A DNA stretch of 41,514 nt, from IMG/VR virus record IMGVR_UViG_3300002490_000103, positions 1 to 41,514 of that record. One strand, written 5' to 3'. This document shows, piece after piece, positions 17,974 through 26,108 of this stretch (position 1 is its first letter; each line of letters begins with the position of its first letter). A program made the position numbers and the translations under genes. This DNA is from a virus. Its lineage: Duplodnaviria > Caudoviricetes. Below the pieces are notes generated by a model, which was not told where the DNA came from, did no database searches, and saw only the letters and a program-made list of their open reading frames with translations.

Positions 17974-18251
17974 CGGTGGGGACCGAAGCCCCCACCGGCT
18001 GTCTTGGGTTACAAGGCTTCAGCGGCCCCGGCAGTTAGCTTATGCAGCTACTGCGAAACGCTCATCGTTGGCGTTTAAGGATTTGCGCGGATTACGTCCG
18101 TCGCCTCTCGGGTTGCCTGCTCACCTTTGTCTGCCCTGTCGAAGCCGTGACACCCCCACCTAAACACACAATCCGATGTGCTTAGGTGGAGGTGAGGGGA
18201 GTCGAACCCCTGTCCAGAACACCGCCAGATTGCCGGAATTACAACCATGCC
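17970..18251 (-). ncRNA. ssrA: Circularly permuted (two-piece) tmRNA gene; tag ANDERFAVAA
   Basis: Acceptor piece first (GGAC-AGGGG-TTCGACT-CCCCT-CACCTCC-ACC ending 18185), intervening hairpin, then coding piece starting GGGGGTGTCACGGCTTCGAC at 18157; 7-bp acceptor stem with G3-U70; tag frame 18072-18040 after TAAAC. Confidence 0.93.
17974..17997 (-). terminator. cUUCGg hairpin ending the tmRNA coding piece, possibly bidirectional
   Basis: CGGTGGGGGC-TTCG-GTCCCCACCG on minus strand, abutting the methyltransferase stop codon. Confidence 0.7.
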
Positions 18252-18254
18252 TGA

Positions 18255-18283
18255 ATTATGAGGGTGCACCTGGTTTACCTCAA
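18255..18283 (-). promoter_or_regulatory. sigma70 promoter of tmRNA gene
   Basis: TTGAGG (18283-18278), 17 bp, CATAAT (18260-18255), a few nt before the acceptor piece. Confidence 0.75.
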
Positions 18284-18295
18284 GAAGTAAACCGA

Positions 18296-18667
18296 TCACG
18301 AAACAAACTGAGATTCTTCGACAATCTCGCAGTGAATCACAAAACCCATCAGGTAAGGCATGCCGCGCGGGATGCCGTAGTCTTTGCTGGTCTGGCGGCC
18401 AATCGTCCAGCCCATCCAGCGCTGGGTGGCGGCGTTGATCGCGTCCTGCAGGGTCTGCCCCTGGTACAGCCCGTTCTGCACATCGTCGGCAAAGTGGCGA
18501 CCGTGGCGGCTATCGAGGAAGACCCGTACCGATTCAAGGGGCTGGCTCGTGGCGTCCGAGATGGCGGTCATGGCCAAAGGCCATGCGGCGCTGGCGTGTT
18601 CGTTCATCGTGCCCCAAAAGCCCCAGGCTTCGTTCTGAGTGGCAGGGATCGGTTGGTTGGTTTTCAT
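18296..18667 (-). CDS. Hypothetical protein (123 aa)
   Basis: AGGAG RBS before ATG 18667; preceded by motif copy 2; FLDSRHGRHFAD core. Confidence 0.8.
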   Translation of the reverse strand: MKTNQPIPATQNEAWGFWGTMNEHASAAWPLAMTAISDATSQPLESVRVFLDSRHGRHFADDVQNGLYQGQTLQDAINAATQRWMGWTIGRQTSKDYGIPRGMPYLMGFVIHCEIVEESQFVS

Positions 18668-18701
18668 CTCGGGCTCCTGGGTTGATCGTTGCGACACCCG
18701 T

Positions 18702-18732
18702 AGTAACGCGCTGTTCGATTGAGAAGCCAAGC
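18702..18732 (-). promoter_or_regulatory. 31-bp conserved upstream motif, copy 2
   Basis: GCTTGGCTTCTCAATCGAACAGCGCGTTACT, 34 nt upstream of ATG 18667. Confidence 0.8.
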
Positions 18733-18762
18733 GGCGCCTGGCCTCTTTCTCGATCTTTCTGA

Positions 18763-19281
18763 TCAGCCGATTCGGTACACCCGTTCGCCACCCTGCGGCT
18801 TATCCGAAACGATGGTCAGTCCCAGCTTTTTCTTGAAGGCCCCGGCAAAGGTGCCGCGCACGGTGTGCGCTTGCCAGCCGGTCACGCCGCAGATCTGAGC
18901 AATCGTGGCACCTTCGGGGCGCTGCAGCATCCGGAGCACTTCGGCCTGCTTGCTGTTCTCGCGTGTGCGCGGCTTGGTCTGCTCGGTGGCGTCCTTGGCC
19001 CACTCAGCCTCGGCCGACGACACAGCGGCCTCGATCTCGGGGTCTGCGTCCAGGGGCGCATGCGCGGGACGGGCACGACCCATTGCGTCGTAGCCCTCGG
19101 CGGCGACGAACCAGTCGGTGCCGTTGGTGGTGATCAAAGCGCGATTGAAAAGCCCGTCGAGCACCTTCTTGCGTGCGCCGCCTTTGATGTTGTCGGGGAA
19201 CCAGCCGATCTTGCCGCTGGTGTGTTCGAGTGCGTAGGCCAGGATCGCGTGCTGGGCCGGGGTGAGTTGGGTGCTGGTCAT
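18763..19281 (-). CDS. DUF3489-like protein
   Basis: C-terminal SKQAEVLRMLQRPEGATIAQI...GWQAHTVRG...KKKLGL winged-helix-like motif; AAGGAG RBS. Confidence 0.85.
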   Translation of the reverse strand: MTSTQLTPAQHAILAYALEHTSGKIGWFPDNIKGGARKKVLDGLFNRALITTNGTDWFVAAEGYDAMGRARPAHAPLDADPEIEAAVSSAEAEWAKDATEQTKPRTRENSKQAEVLRMLQRPEGATIAQICGVTGWQAHTVRGTFAGAFKKKLGLTIVSDKPQGGERVYRIG

Positions 19282-19317
19282 GTGCTGCTCCTTGGCAGTG
19301 GTTGATGGGGTGACGTG

Positions 19318-19348
19318 ATGAACGCGCTGTTCGCGATTGAAGCCAAGC
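19318..19348 (-). promoter_or_regulatory. 31-bp conserved upstream motif, copy 3
   Basis: GCTTGGCTTCAATCGCGAACAGCGCGTTCAT, 36 nt upstream of ATG 19281. Confidence 0.8.
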
Positions 19349-19364
19349 GTTCTCCGCTTCTTTT

Positions 19365-19553
19365 TCAGTCCGGCTTGGCGGCCTGCCGACCCGCCTCGTA
19401 AGCGGCCATCAGAGCGCTCTTGACGGCCCAGACGCTGACTTCGTGGAAGTCCAGTCGGTCGCTGTTGCGAGTCACCAAGGACTCAATGAAAAGGTGGTCC
19501 AGCGCAATCTGCTGAAGCAGGTTTTCGAGGGGTTTGTCGGCTGGCTTGGTCAT
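19365..19553 (-). CDS. DUF6900-like small protein (62 aa)
   Basis: LVTRNSDRLDFHEVSVWAVKSALMAAYEAG; AAGGAG RBS. Confidence 0.8.
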   Translation of the reverse strand: MTKPADKPLENLLQQIALDHLFIESLVTRNSDRLDFHEVSVWAVKSALMAAYEAGRQAAKPD

Positions 19554-19588
19554 GTGCGTCTCCTTGTGACGTCGTGGATGGTGATGGC

Positions 19589-19619
19589 ATGAACGCGCTG
19601 TTCCGGAGGGAAGCCAAGC
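19589..19619 (-). promoter_or_regulatory. 31-bp conserved upstream motif, copy 4
   Basis: GCTTGGCTTCCCTCCGGAACAGCGCGTTCAT, 35 nt upstream of ATG 19553. Confidence 0.8.
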
Positions 19620-19671
19620 TCAATCCAGAGGAATGAAGATCAAATGATTGAAGGGGCCACCGGTTCTCACC

Positions 19672-20208
19672 ATGGGCATTTCGATACGCGCTTACGCCCG
19701 GCACCGTGGCGTGACCGACACTGCTGTTCACAAGGCGATTCGCGCCGGGCGCATCACGCCAGAGGCTGACGGAACCATTGATGCCGACCGGGCTGATCGC
19801 GAATGGGCGCGCAACTCCGATGTGCCTAAGGCCGGTACCCGCGCCAAGGCGGCCAAAGTGGTCGTACCGGACGCCAGCACACAGTCGAACGATGGGCCTG
19901 CCTCCTTGCCCACTGGTGGCACGTCGTTGCTCCAGGCCCGCACGGTCAACGAAGTGGTCAAGGCGCAAACCAACAAGGTGCGACTGGCTCGCCTGAAAGG
20001 TGAGCTGGTCGATCGGCCACAGGCCATCGCGCATGTGTTCAAGCTGGCCCGCTCCGAGCGCGATGCCTGGCTCAACTGGCCCGCGCGCATCTCGGCGCAG
20101 ATGGCTGCCAGACTCGATGTCGATCCGCATGCCATGCACGTGGCGCTGGAAGCCGCTGTGCGTGAACACCTGCAAGAGCTGGGCGAATTGCGTCCTCGGG
20201 TGGACTGA
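19672..20208 (+). CDS. Terminase small subunit (Nu1-like)
   Basis: N-terminal HTH SIRAYARHRGVTDTAVHKAI, coiled coil, LKGELVDR; abuts large terminase. Confidence 0.78.
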   Translation: MGISIRAYARHRGVTDTAVHKAIRAGRITPEADGTIDADRADREWARNSDVPKAGTRAKAAKVVVPDASTQSNDGPASLPTGGTSLLQARTVNEVVKAQTNKVRLARLKGELVDRPQAIAHVFKLARSERDAWLNWPARISAQMAARLDVDPHAMHVALEAAVREHLQELGELRPRVD

Positions 20209-22169
20209 TGCTGGACGTGGATTACGAAGGCGCGGCGGAAATCGAGCGCGCCTGGCGAGAAGGACTGACGCCAGACCCATTGCTGACGGTATCCGAATGG
20301 TCGGATCGGCACCGGATGCTTTCCAGCAAAGCGTCCGCCGAACCGGGCCGCTGGCGGACCAGTCGCACGCCGTACCTGAAGGCGATCATGGACTGCCTGT
20401 CGCCGACCTCGCCGGTTGAGCGCGTGGTGTTCATGAAGGCTGCCCAGCTCGGCGCGACCGAGATGGGGTCGAACTGGATCGGCTACGTGATCCACCACGC
20501 GCCAGGGCCAATGATGGCTGTCTGGCCGACGGTGGAAATGGCCAAGCGCAACTCCAAGCAGCGGATCGATCCCCTGATCGAGGAGTCGGGCGTTCTTGCA
20601 GAGCTAATCGCACCGGCCAGGAGCCGGGACTCGGGCAACACCATTCTCGCGAAGGAGTTCCGGGGCGGCGTCCTGGTGATGACGGGCGCCAACAGCGCAG
20701 TCGGACTGCGGTCGATGCCAGTGCGTTACCTGTTCCTCGACGAGGTGGACGGCTATCCGCTTGACGTTGAGGGTGAAGGCGACGCGATTTCACTGGCCGA
20801 AGCGCGTACCCGAACCTTCGCGCGACGCAAGATTTTCATCGTCTCGACGCCAACAATCTCGGGCGCGAGCGCTATCGAACGGGAATATGAGGCATCCGAT
20901 CAGCGCCGCTACTTTGTGCCCTGCCCACACTGCTCTCACCGGCAGTGGCTGCGCTTCGAACAACTGCGGTGGGAGAAAGGCCAGCCGGACAGCGCCGCCT
21001 ATGTTTGCGAATCCTGCGATGCGCCGATTTCCGAACACCACAAGACCTGGATGCTGGAACACGGCGAGTGGCGCGCATTGGCACCAGAGAATGGCGCCAA
21101 GACGGCTGGCTTTCACTTGTCGTCACTCTACAGCCCGGTCGGCTGGCGCAGTTGGCGCGAGATCGCCGTCGCCTGGGAACTGGCTGTGAGCAAGGAGTCG
21201 GGTTCTGCGGCGGCCATCAAGACGTTCAAGAACACCGAACTGGGTGAGACCTGGGTCGAGGAAGGCGAAGCACCGGATTGGCAACGCCTCGTCGAGCGGC
21301 GCGAGGACTACCCGGTCGGATCGATTCCTCCCGGTGGACTCCTGCTGGTGGGCGGCGCGGATGTCCAGAAGGATCGCATCGAATCCTCCATCTGGGCCTT
21401 CGGGCGCGGCAAGGAATCATGGCTGGTCGAGCATCGCGTCTTGATGGGCGACACCGCGCGGGATGCGGTTTGGAAACAACTGGCGGATCTGCTCGCGGAA
21501 AACTGGACGCACGCGTCCGGCGCGGCGATGCCGCTGGCACGGTTCGCCTTAGACACTGGGTTTGCCACCCAAGAGGCCTATACCTTCGTGCGGGCCAGTC
21601 GCGACCCGCGCGTCATGGCCATCAAAGGTGTCGCGCGCGGCGCGGCACTGATCGGGACCCCCACCGCCGTGGATATTTCCAAAGGCGGCAAGAAGCTGCG
21701 CCGAGGTATCAAGGTGTTCTCGGTCGCCGTCGGCATTGCCAAGCTCGAGCTCTACAACAACCTGCGCAAATCGGCGGATGTGGCCGAGGACGGTATCACC
21801 GCGATCTATCCGGCCGGATTCATCCATCTGCCGCATGTGGACGCGGAGTTCATCCAGCAGCTCTGCGCGGAACAACTCATCACCCGACGCGACCGGAATG
21901 GCTTTCCCATCCGGGAGTGGCAAAAGATGCGCGAGCGTAACGAGGCGCTGGACTGCTACGTCTACGCCCGCGCAGCCGCTTCAGCGGCGGGACTGGATCG
22001 CTTCGACGAACGCCATTGGCGCGAGCTGGAGCGACACCTGGGGATGGCAGATCCGCCTGACCCCGTGACCACCACAACGACTGACGAGGCCACCCAACGC
22101 GGTGGCCTCGCTGTTTCTGGGCCAGGTCGCCGCGCACGCCAGTTGGTGCGCAGCCGCTGGCTCTCCTGA
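20208..22169 (+). CDS. Terminase large subunit, lambda gpA family
   Basis: MKAAQLGATE, LFLDEVDGY, STPT, CPHC, DVQKDR, RNEALDC. Confidence 0.95.
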   Translation: MLDVDYEGAAEIERAWREGLTPDPLLTVSEWSDRHRMLSSKASAEPGRWRTSRTPYLKAIMDCLSPTSPVERVVFMKAAQLGATEMGSNWIGYVIHHAPGPMMAVWPTVEMAKRNSKQRIDPLIEESGVLAELIAPARSRDSGNTILAKEFRGGVLVMTGANSAVGLRSMPVRYLFLDEVDGYPLDVEGEGDAISLAEARTRTFARRKIFIVSTPTISGASAIEREYEASDQRRYFVPCPHCSHRQWLRFEQLRWEKGQPDSAAYVCESCDAPISEHHKTWMLEHGEWRALAPENGAKTAGFHLSSLYSPVGWRSWREIAVAWELAVSKESGSAAAIKTFKNTELGETWVEEGEAPDWQRLVERREDYPVGSIPPGGLLLVGGADVQKDRIESSIWAFGRGKESWLVEHRVLMGDTARDAVWKQLADLLAENWTHASGAAMPLARFALDTGFATQEAYTFVRASRDPRVMAIKGVARGAALIGTPTAVDISKGGKKLRRGIKVFSVAVGIAKLELYNNLRKSADVAEDGITAIYPAGFIHLPHVDAEFIQQLCAEQLITRRDRNGFPIREWQKMRERNEALDCYVYARAAASAAGLDRFDERHWRELERHLGMADPPDPVTTTTTDEATQRGGLAVSGPGRRARQLVRSRWLS

Positions 22170-22186
22170 CCAACAAAGGAAATCCC

Positions 22187-22678
22187 ATGAGTTTGCAGAC
22201 CCGCATCGAAAGCCTGGTGATTCGTATCGCCCAGGAATTCAACACGCTCAACGGCAAGACCGGCACGCTGGCCAGCCTGACCACGACCGACAAGTCGAGC
22301 CTCGTGGCCGCCATCAATGAACTTCAGTCTGCCGTCGTCAGTGGCACTGGCATCGACGACGCAAACGTGGCGCTGACCACCACCTACTCGTCAACCAAGA
22401 TCGTCACGCTGCTGGACACGCTCAATGCTGAGATCCTGGGCGGCGCCGATGCTGCCTATGACACCCTGATCGAGATCCAACAGTTATTGCAGGACGGGAC
22501 CAGTGGTCTCGATGCGTTGCTGGCCGCCATCAACAACCGTGTGCGCTTCGATGCGGCGCAGACATTGACAGTGATCGAGCAGCAGCAGGCGCGCGAGAAC
22601 ATCGGAGCTATTGCGCTCGCCGCCATCGGGGACGCCGACACTGACTTCGTGGCCGTGTTCGAAGGGGCGCTTGCGTAA
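22187..22678 (+). CDS. Hypothetical protein with fibre-like motifs (163 aa)
   Basis: AAGGA RBS; LTTTDKSSLVAAINEL, GADAAYDTLIEI, QQQARENIGA. Confidence 0.75.
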   Translation: MSLQTRIESLVIRIAQEFNTLNGKTGTLASLTTTDKSSLVAAINELQSAVVSGTGIDDANVALTTTYSSTKIVTLLDTLNAEILGGADAAYDTLIEIQQLLQDGTSGLDALLAAINNRVRFDAAQTLTVIEQQQARENIGAIALAAIGDADTDFVAVFEGALA

Positions 22679-23070
22679 TGTCTCTGTCCGAACGCATTGC
22701 TGCGCTTGCAGCCCGTGTGGGTTTCGAAGTGGGCATCAAGGCGAACCGCGACCACCCAGGAATTGCACGCGCTTGGGTGAGCTTTGGGTACATCAACGAC
22801 CACATGGTGATGGTGAGCGCCTTCAATGTGGTGAGCGTCGAGCGCCTGGCCACGGGTCGCTACCGGGTTCGATTCTCGCAGCCCATGCCGGATGCCAGCT
22901 ATTGCTGGAGCGCGCTTGCGCGAAGCAGCACCGACAACGGCACACAGCGGATTGCGATCGTGCGCGCCAGCGCTGATGAGAAGACTGCCGAGTACGTCGA
23001 TGTCTCCTGCGCCACGATGGCGACGTCGTTTGCCGATTCCACCGAAATCAACCTGGTGGTGTATCGCTGA
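22678..23070 (+). CDS. Hypothetical protein resembling a fibre C-terminal beta domain (130 aa)
   Basis: TAATG coupling; ARAWVSF...FNVVSVERLATGRYRVRF. Confidence 0.72.
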   Translation: MSLSERIAALAARVGFEVGIKANRDHPGIARAWVSFGYINDHMVMVSAFNVVSVERLATGRYRVRFSQPMPDASYCWSALARSSTDNGTQRIAIVRASADEKTAEYVDVSCATMATSFADSTEINLVVYR

Positions 23071-23291
23071 TGGCCTACACGCAGTCTCAACTCGATGCGC
23101 TCGAAGCCGCGCTGGCGAAGGGCGAGCGTCGCGTCAGTTTCGGCGACAAGACCATCGAGTACCGCACCGTCGAGGAGTTGGCTACCGCCATTCGCGAAGT
23201 CAAGCGCGGCCTGTTCGAAGACGCCGTGGCCACCGGACTGTGGCCAGGTGCCCCGCGCCAGATCCGCATCACGACCCGGAAGGCCACCTGA
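23070..23291 (+). CDS. Head-tail joining protein, gpW-like
   Basis: 73 aa before portal; GERRVSFGDKTIEY. Confidence 0.85.
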   Translation: MAYTQSQLDALEAALAKGERRVSFGDKTIEYRTVEELATAIREVKRGLFEDAVATGLWPGAPRQIRITTRKAT

Positions 23292-24784
23292 TGAGCTGGT
23301 TCTCCAAACTTCGGCGCGGCATGTTTGGCGGCCCGTCGCCGACTTACGACGGTATCGGCGGTGGTCGACGTGCGATCGCCTGGCAGGTCGGAAATCCTGG
23401 TGCCGTTGCCGCGCTGGCCTTCACCCAGAACGAGCTCCGCGCCAAGAGCCGCGATCTGGTGCGACGCAATGCGTGGGCGGCTGCCGGCGTGGAGGCCTTC
23501 GTCGCCAACGCGATCGGCACGGGGATCAAGCCGCAGTCGATGCTTTCGGACAACGCACTGCGGGAAGCCATTCACGCCCTCTGGTGGGACTGGTGCAGCG
23601 ATGCCGATGCAGCCGGCTTGACAGACTTCTACGGCCTGCAAGCACTCGCCTGCCGGGCAATGCTGGAAGGCGGGGAGGCGCTGATGCGGCTGCGCTATCG
23701 CCGACCCGAAGACGGTCTGGCGGTTGGTCTCCAGCTCCAGCTGCTGGAACCCGAACACTTGCCCACGACGATGAACCTGGAGCTACCTTCCGGCAACGTG
23801 GTTCGGGCCGGCATCGAGTTCGATCGGCTCGGCCGCCGCGTCGCCTACCACCTGTATCGCTCGCACCCCGGTGATGGCGCCTTGGCGCCGATGTCCGGCA
23901 CGGGTGGCATGGACACCGTGCGCGTGCCTGCCTCCGAGATCATCCACCTGTTCCGTCCGCTGCGCCCTGGCCAGATCCGGGGCGAGCCGTGGTTGGCGCG
24001 GGCGCTGGTCAAACTCAATGAGCTGGACCAGTACGACGACGCCGAACTGGTACGCAAGAAGACGGCAGCGATGTTCGCGGGCTTCATCACGCGCCTGGCG
24101 CCCGAGGACAACCTCATGGGCGAAGGGCTGGCGGATGCCAACGGCGTGTCCCTGGCGGGGCTCGAACCCGGGACCATGCAATTGCTGGAGCCTGGTGAGG
24201 ACGTCAAGTTCAGCCAACCGGCAGACGTTGGGGCCAGCTACGCCGAATTCCTGCGCATGCAGTTCCGGGCAGTTGCTGCAGCGATGGGCATCACCTACGA
24301 AATGCTCACCGGCGATCTGACGCAGGTGAACTACTCGTCGATTCGCGCCGGCTTGCTGGAGTTTCGCCGCCGCTGCGAGGCAATCCAGCATGGCGTGATC
24401 GTTCATCAGCTCTGCCGACCGATCTGGCGCGCATGGATGGAACAGGCTGCGCTCGAAGGCGCACTCGACCTCCCCGGCTTCGTCGGACGCAAACGGGAAT
24501 ACCTGGCCGCGAAGTGGATTCCGCAGGGCTGGCAGTGGGTCGACCCAAAGAAGGAGTTCGACGCGATGCTCACCGCGATTCGCGCCGGACTGCTTTCACG
24601 CTCCGAGGCCATTTCGGCCTTCGGCTACGACGCCGAGGACATCGACCGCGAGATCGCGGCCGACAACCAGCGCGCCGATGAGCTGGGGCTGGTCTTCGAC
24701 TCCGACCCGCGCCACGACAAAGCGCCCGTCAACGCGGCGGCGACAGCCACCCCGGCTCCGCCGCAAGAACCCCAGGACAACTGA
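23291..24784 (+). CDS. Portal protein, lambda family
   Basis: LRAKSRDLVRRN, RPGQIRGEP, NYSSIRAG, WVDPKKE. Confidence 0.95.
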   Translation: MSWFSKLRRGMFGGPSPTYDGIGGGRRAIAWQVGNPGAVAALAFTQNELRAKSRDLVRRNAWAAAGVEAFVANAIGTGIKPQSMLSDNALREAIHALWWDWCSDADAAGLTDFYGLQALACRAMLEGGEALMRLRYRRPEDGLAVGLQLQLLEPEHLPTTMNLELPSGNVVRAGIEFDRLGRRVAYHLYRSHPGDGALAPMSGTGGMDTVRVPASEIIHLFRPLRPGQIRGEPWLARALVKLNELDQYDDAELVRKKTAAMFAGFITRLAPEDNLMGEGLADANGVSLAGLEPGTMQLLEPGEDVKFSQPADVGASYAEFLRMQFRAVAAAMGITYEMLTGDLTQVNYSSIRAGLLEFRRRCEAIQHGVIVHQLCRPIWRAWMEQAALEGALDLPGFVGRKREYLAAKWIPQGWQWVDPKKEFDAMLTAIRAGLLSRSEAISAFGYDAEDIDREIAADNQRADELGLVFDSDPRHDKAPVNAAATATPAPPQEPQDN

Positions 24785-24785
24785 C

Positions 24786-26105
24786 ATGCAGCTCGTACAC
24801 CTGGCGTCCCGTCTCTACGGGACGCCGCTTCTCATTGCGCGTTCGAAACTGGATGTGATCCTGTCCGTCCTCGGCCCGCGCATCGGATTGCCCGAGATCG
24901 ATGCTGCCGTCCCGCTTCCCACTTCGAAACCGGGCACTTCGATCGGGCAGCCCGGCATCGCGATCATTCCCGTGCACGGCACCCTGGTACGACGGGCGAT
25001 GGGACTGGAGGCGGCGTCTGGCCTGACCTCCTATGGCGAAATCGCTGCACGCCTCGACACGGCGCTGGCGGACCCACAGGTCAGCGGCATCCTGCTCGAC
25101 CTCGATTCGCCCGGTGGCGAAGCGGGTGGCGTGTTTGAGCTGGCCGCGCGGATTCGTGCCGCGAACGACATCAAGCCGGTCTGGGCGCATGCCAACGACT
25201 CGGCGTACTCGGCGGCATACGCGATTGCAGCCGCCGCATCGCGTCTGACCCTGTCGCAAACCGCAGGTGTGGGCTCCATCGGTGTCATTGCGCTGCACGT
25301 CGACCAGTCCGTCAAGGATGCCAAGGACGGCGTCGACTTCACCGCGATCTACGCCGGCCACCACAAGAACGACTTTTCTCCTCATGCGCCGTTGTCGCCA
25401 CAGGCGGCTTCCACCCTGCAGGCGGAAGTGGATCGGCTCTACGGAATCTTCGTCAGCCAGGTCGCGCAGATGCGCGGTCTGGACAGCGATGCCGTGCGCG
25501 CGACCGAAGCCGGCCTGCTCTTCGGCGAGGCTGCCGTGACGGCAGGCCTGGCCGACGCCGTGATCAGTCTCGATCAGGTGCTGGTCGAGTTTTCCAACGC
25601 GCTGGGTGCACAGCGCCGTCTGGCGACACCCAGTGCAGGCACGGCCAAGCGCGGCCCACTCGCCCGCGCCTCTCCCGCGTCACCGAAAGCCAGCACGCAG
25701 ATTTCCAGCCATCAACACTCTCATTTGGAGCAGAACATGACAGATCGAGAACAGCAGAACCCTCTGGACGAATCCGAGCCGGAGGCCACGCCAGACCCGG
25801 CAGACACCCCAGCGCAAGAACCCACCACCCCGCCCGTGTCTGCATCCCTCGTCGGTGCGCACGCCAACGGCCGGATCGAGGCACAAGCCATTGCCGAGAT
25901 CTGCCTGATCGCAGGCACGCCACAGCGCACGGCGGAATTCCTCGCATCCGGGATGAACGAGGCCCAAGTCCGCCGCGCACTGCTCGAAGCTCGCGCTGAA
26001 CAGCCGGAGATTGCCTCACGCATCACCGCCGATGCGGGAACCACCGTGCGGCCGGAGAGCAGCCCGGTCGTTGCCGCCGTCAAGAAACTCGCCACGAAGG
26101 AGTAA
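24786..26105 (+). CDS. S49 prohead protease with C-terminal scaffold (lambda gpC-like)
   Basis: DSPGGE, AYSAAYAIA, VGSIGV. Confidence 0.92.
   Translation: MQLVHLASRLYGTPLLIARSKLDVILSVLGPRIGLPEIDAAVPLPTSKPGTSIGQPGIAIIPVHGTLVRRAMGLEAASGLTSYGEIAARLDTALADPQVSGILLDLDSPGGEAGGVFELAARIRAANDIKPVWAHANDSAYSAAYAIAAAASRLTLSQTAGVGSIGVIALHVDQSVKDAKDGVDFTAIYAGHHKNDFSPHAPLSPQAASTLQAEVDRLYGIFVSQVAQMRGLDSDAVRATEAGLLFGEAAVTAGLADAVISLDQVLVEFSNALGAQRRLATPSAGTAKRGPLARASPASPKASTQISSHQHSHLEQNMTDREQQNPLDESEPEATPDPADTPAQEPTTPPVSASLVGAHANGRIEAQAIAEICLIAGTPQRTAEFLASGMNEAQVRRALLEARAEQPEIASRITADAGTTVRPESSPVVAAVKKLATKE
25737..26105 (+). CDS. Nested in-frame scaffolding protein (Nu3-like, 122 aa)
   Basis: Internal GGAG RBS and in-frame ATG after a low-complexity linker. 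Confidence 0.55.
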   Translation: MTDREQQNPLDESEPEATPDPADTPAQEPTTPPVSASLVGAHANGRIEAQAIAEICLIAGTPQRTAEFLASGMNEAQVRRALLEARAEQPEIASRITADAGTTVRPESSPVVAAVKKLATKE

Positions 26106-26108
26106 GCC

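Noticed and set aside
18151-18215. tRNA gene or ssrA fragment as an attL/attR scar
   Set aside because: No anticodon arm; both halves, tag, promoter and terminal hairpin are present; it is mid-prophage and I saw no duplicate in the window
18075-18299. 74-aa minus-strand ORF and plus-strand ORFs 17921-18163 and 18176-18685
   Set aside because: They overlap the tmRNA gene, its promoter or a better-supported gene; the RNA structure explains the sequence
18702-19619. 31-bp motif as CRISPR repeats, attC-like cassette sites or sigma54 promoters
   Set aside because: Spacing is gene-length and irregular, the motif is not palindromic, and GG-N10-GC spacing is not met; fixed distance to start codons favours a promoter-type element
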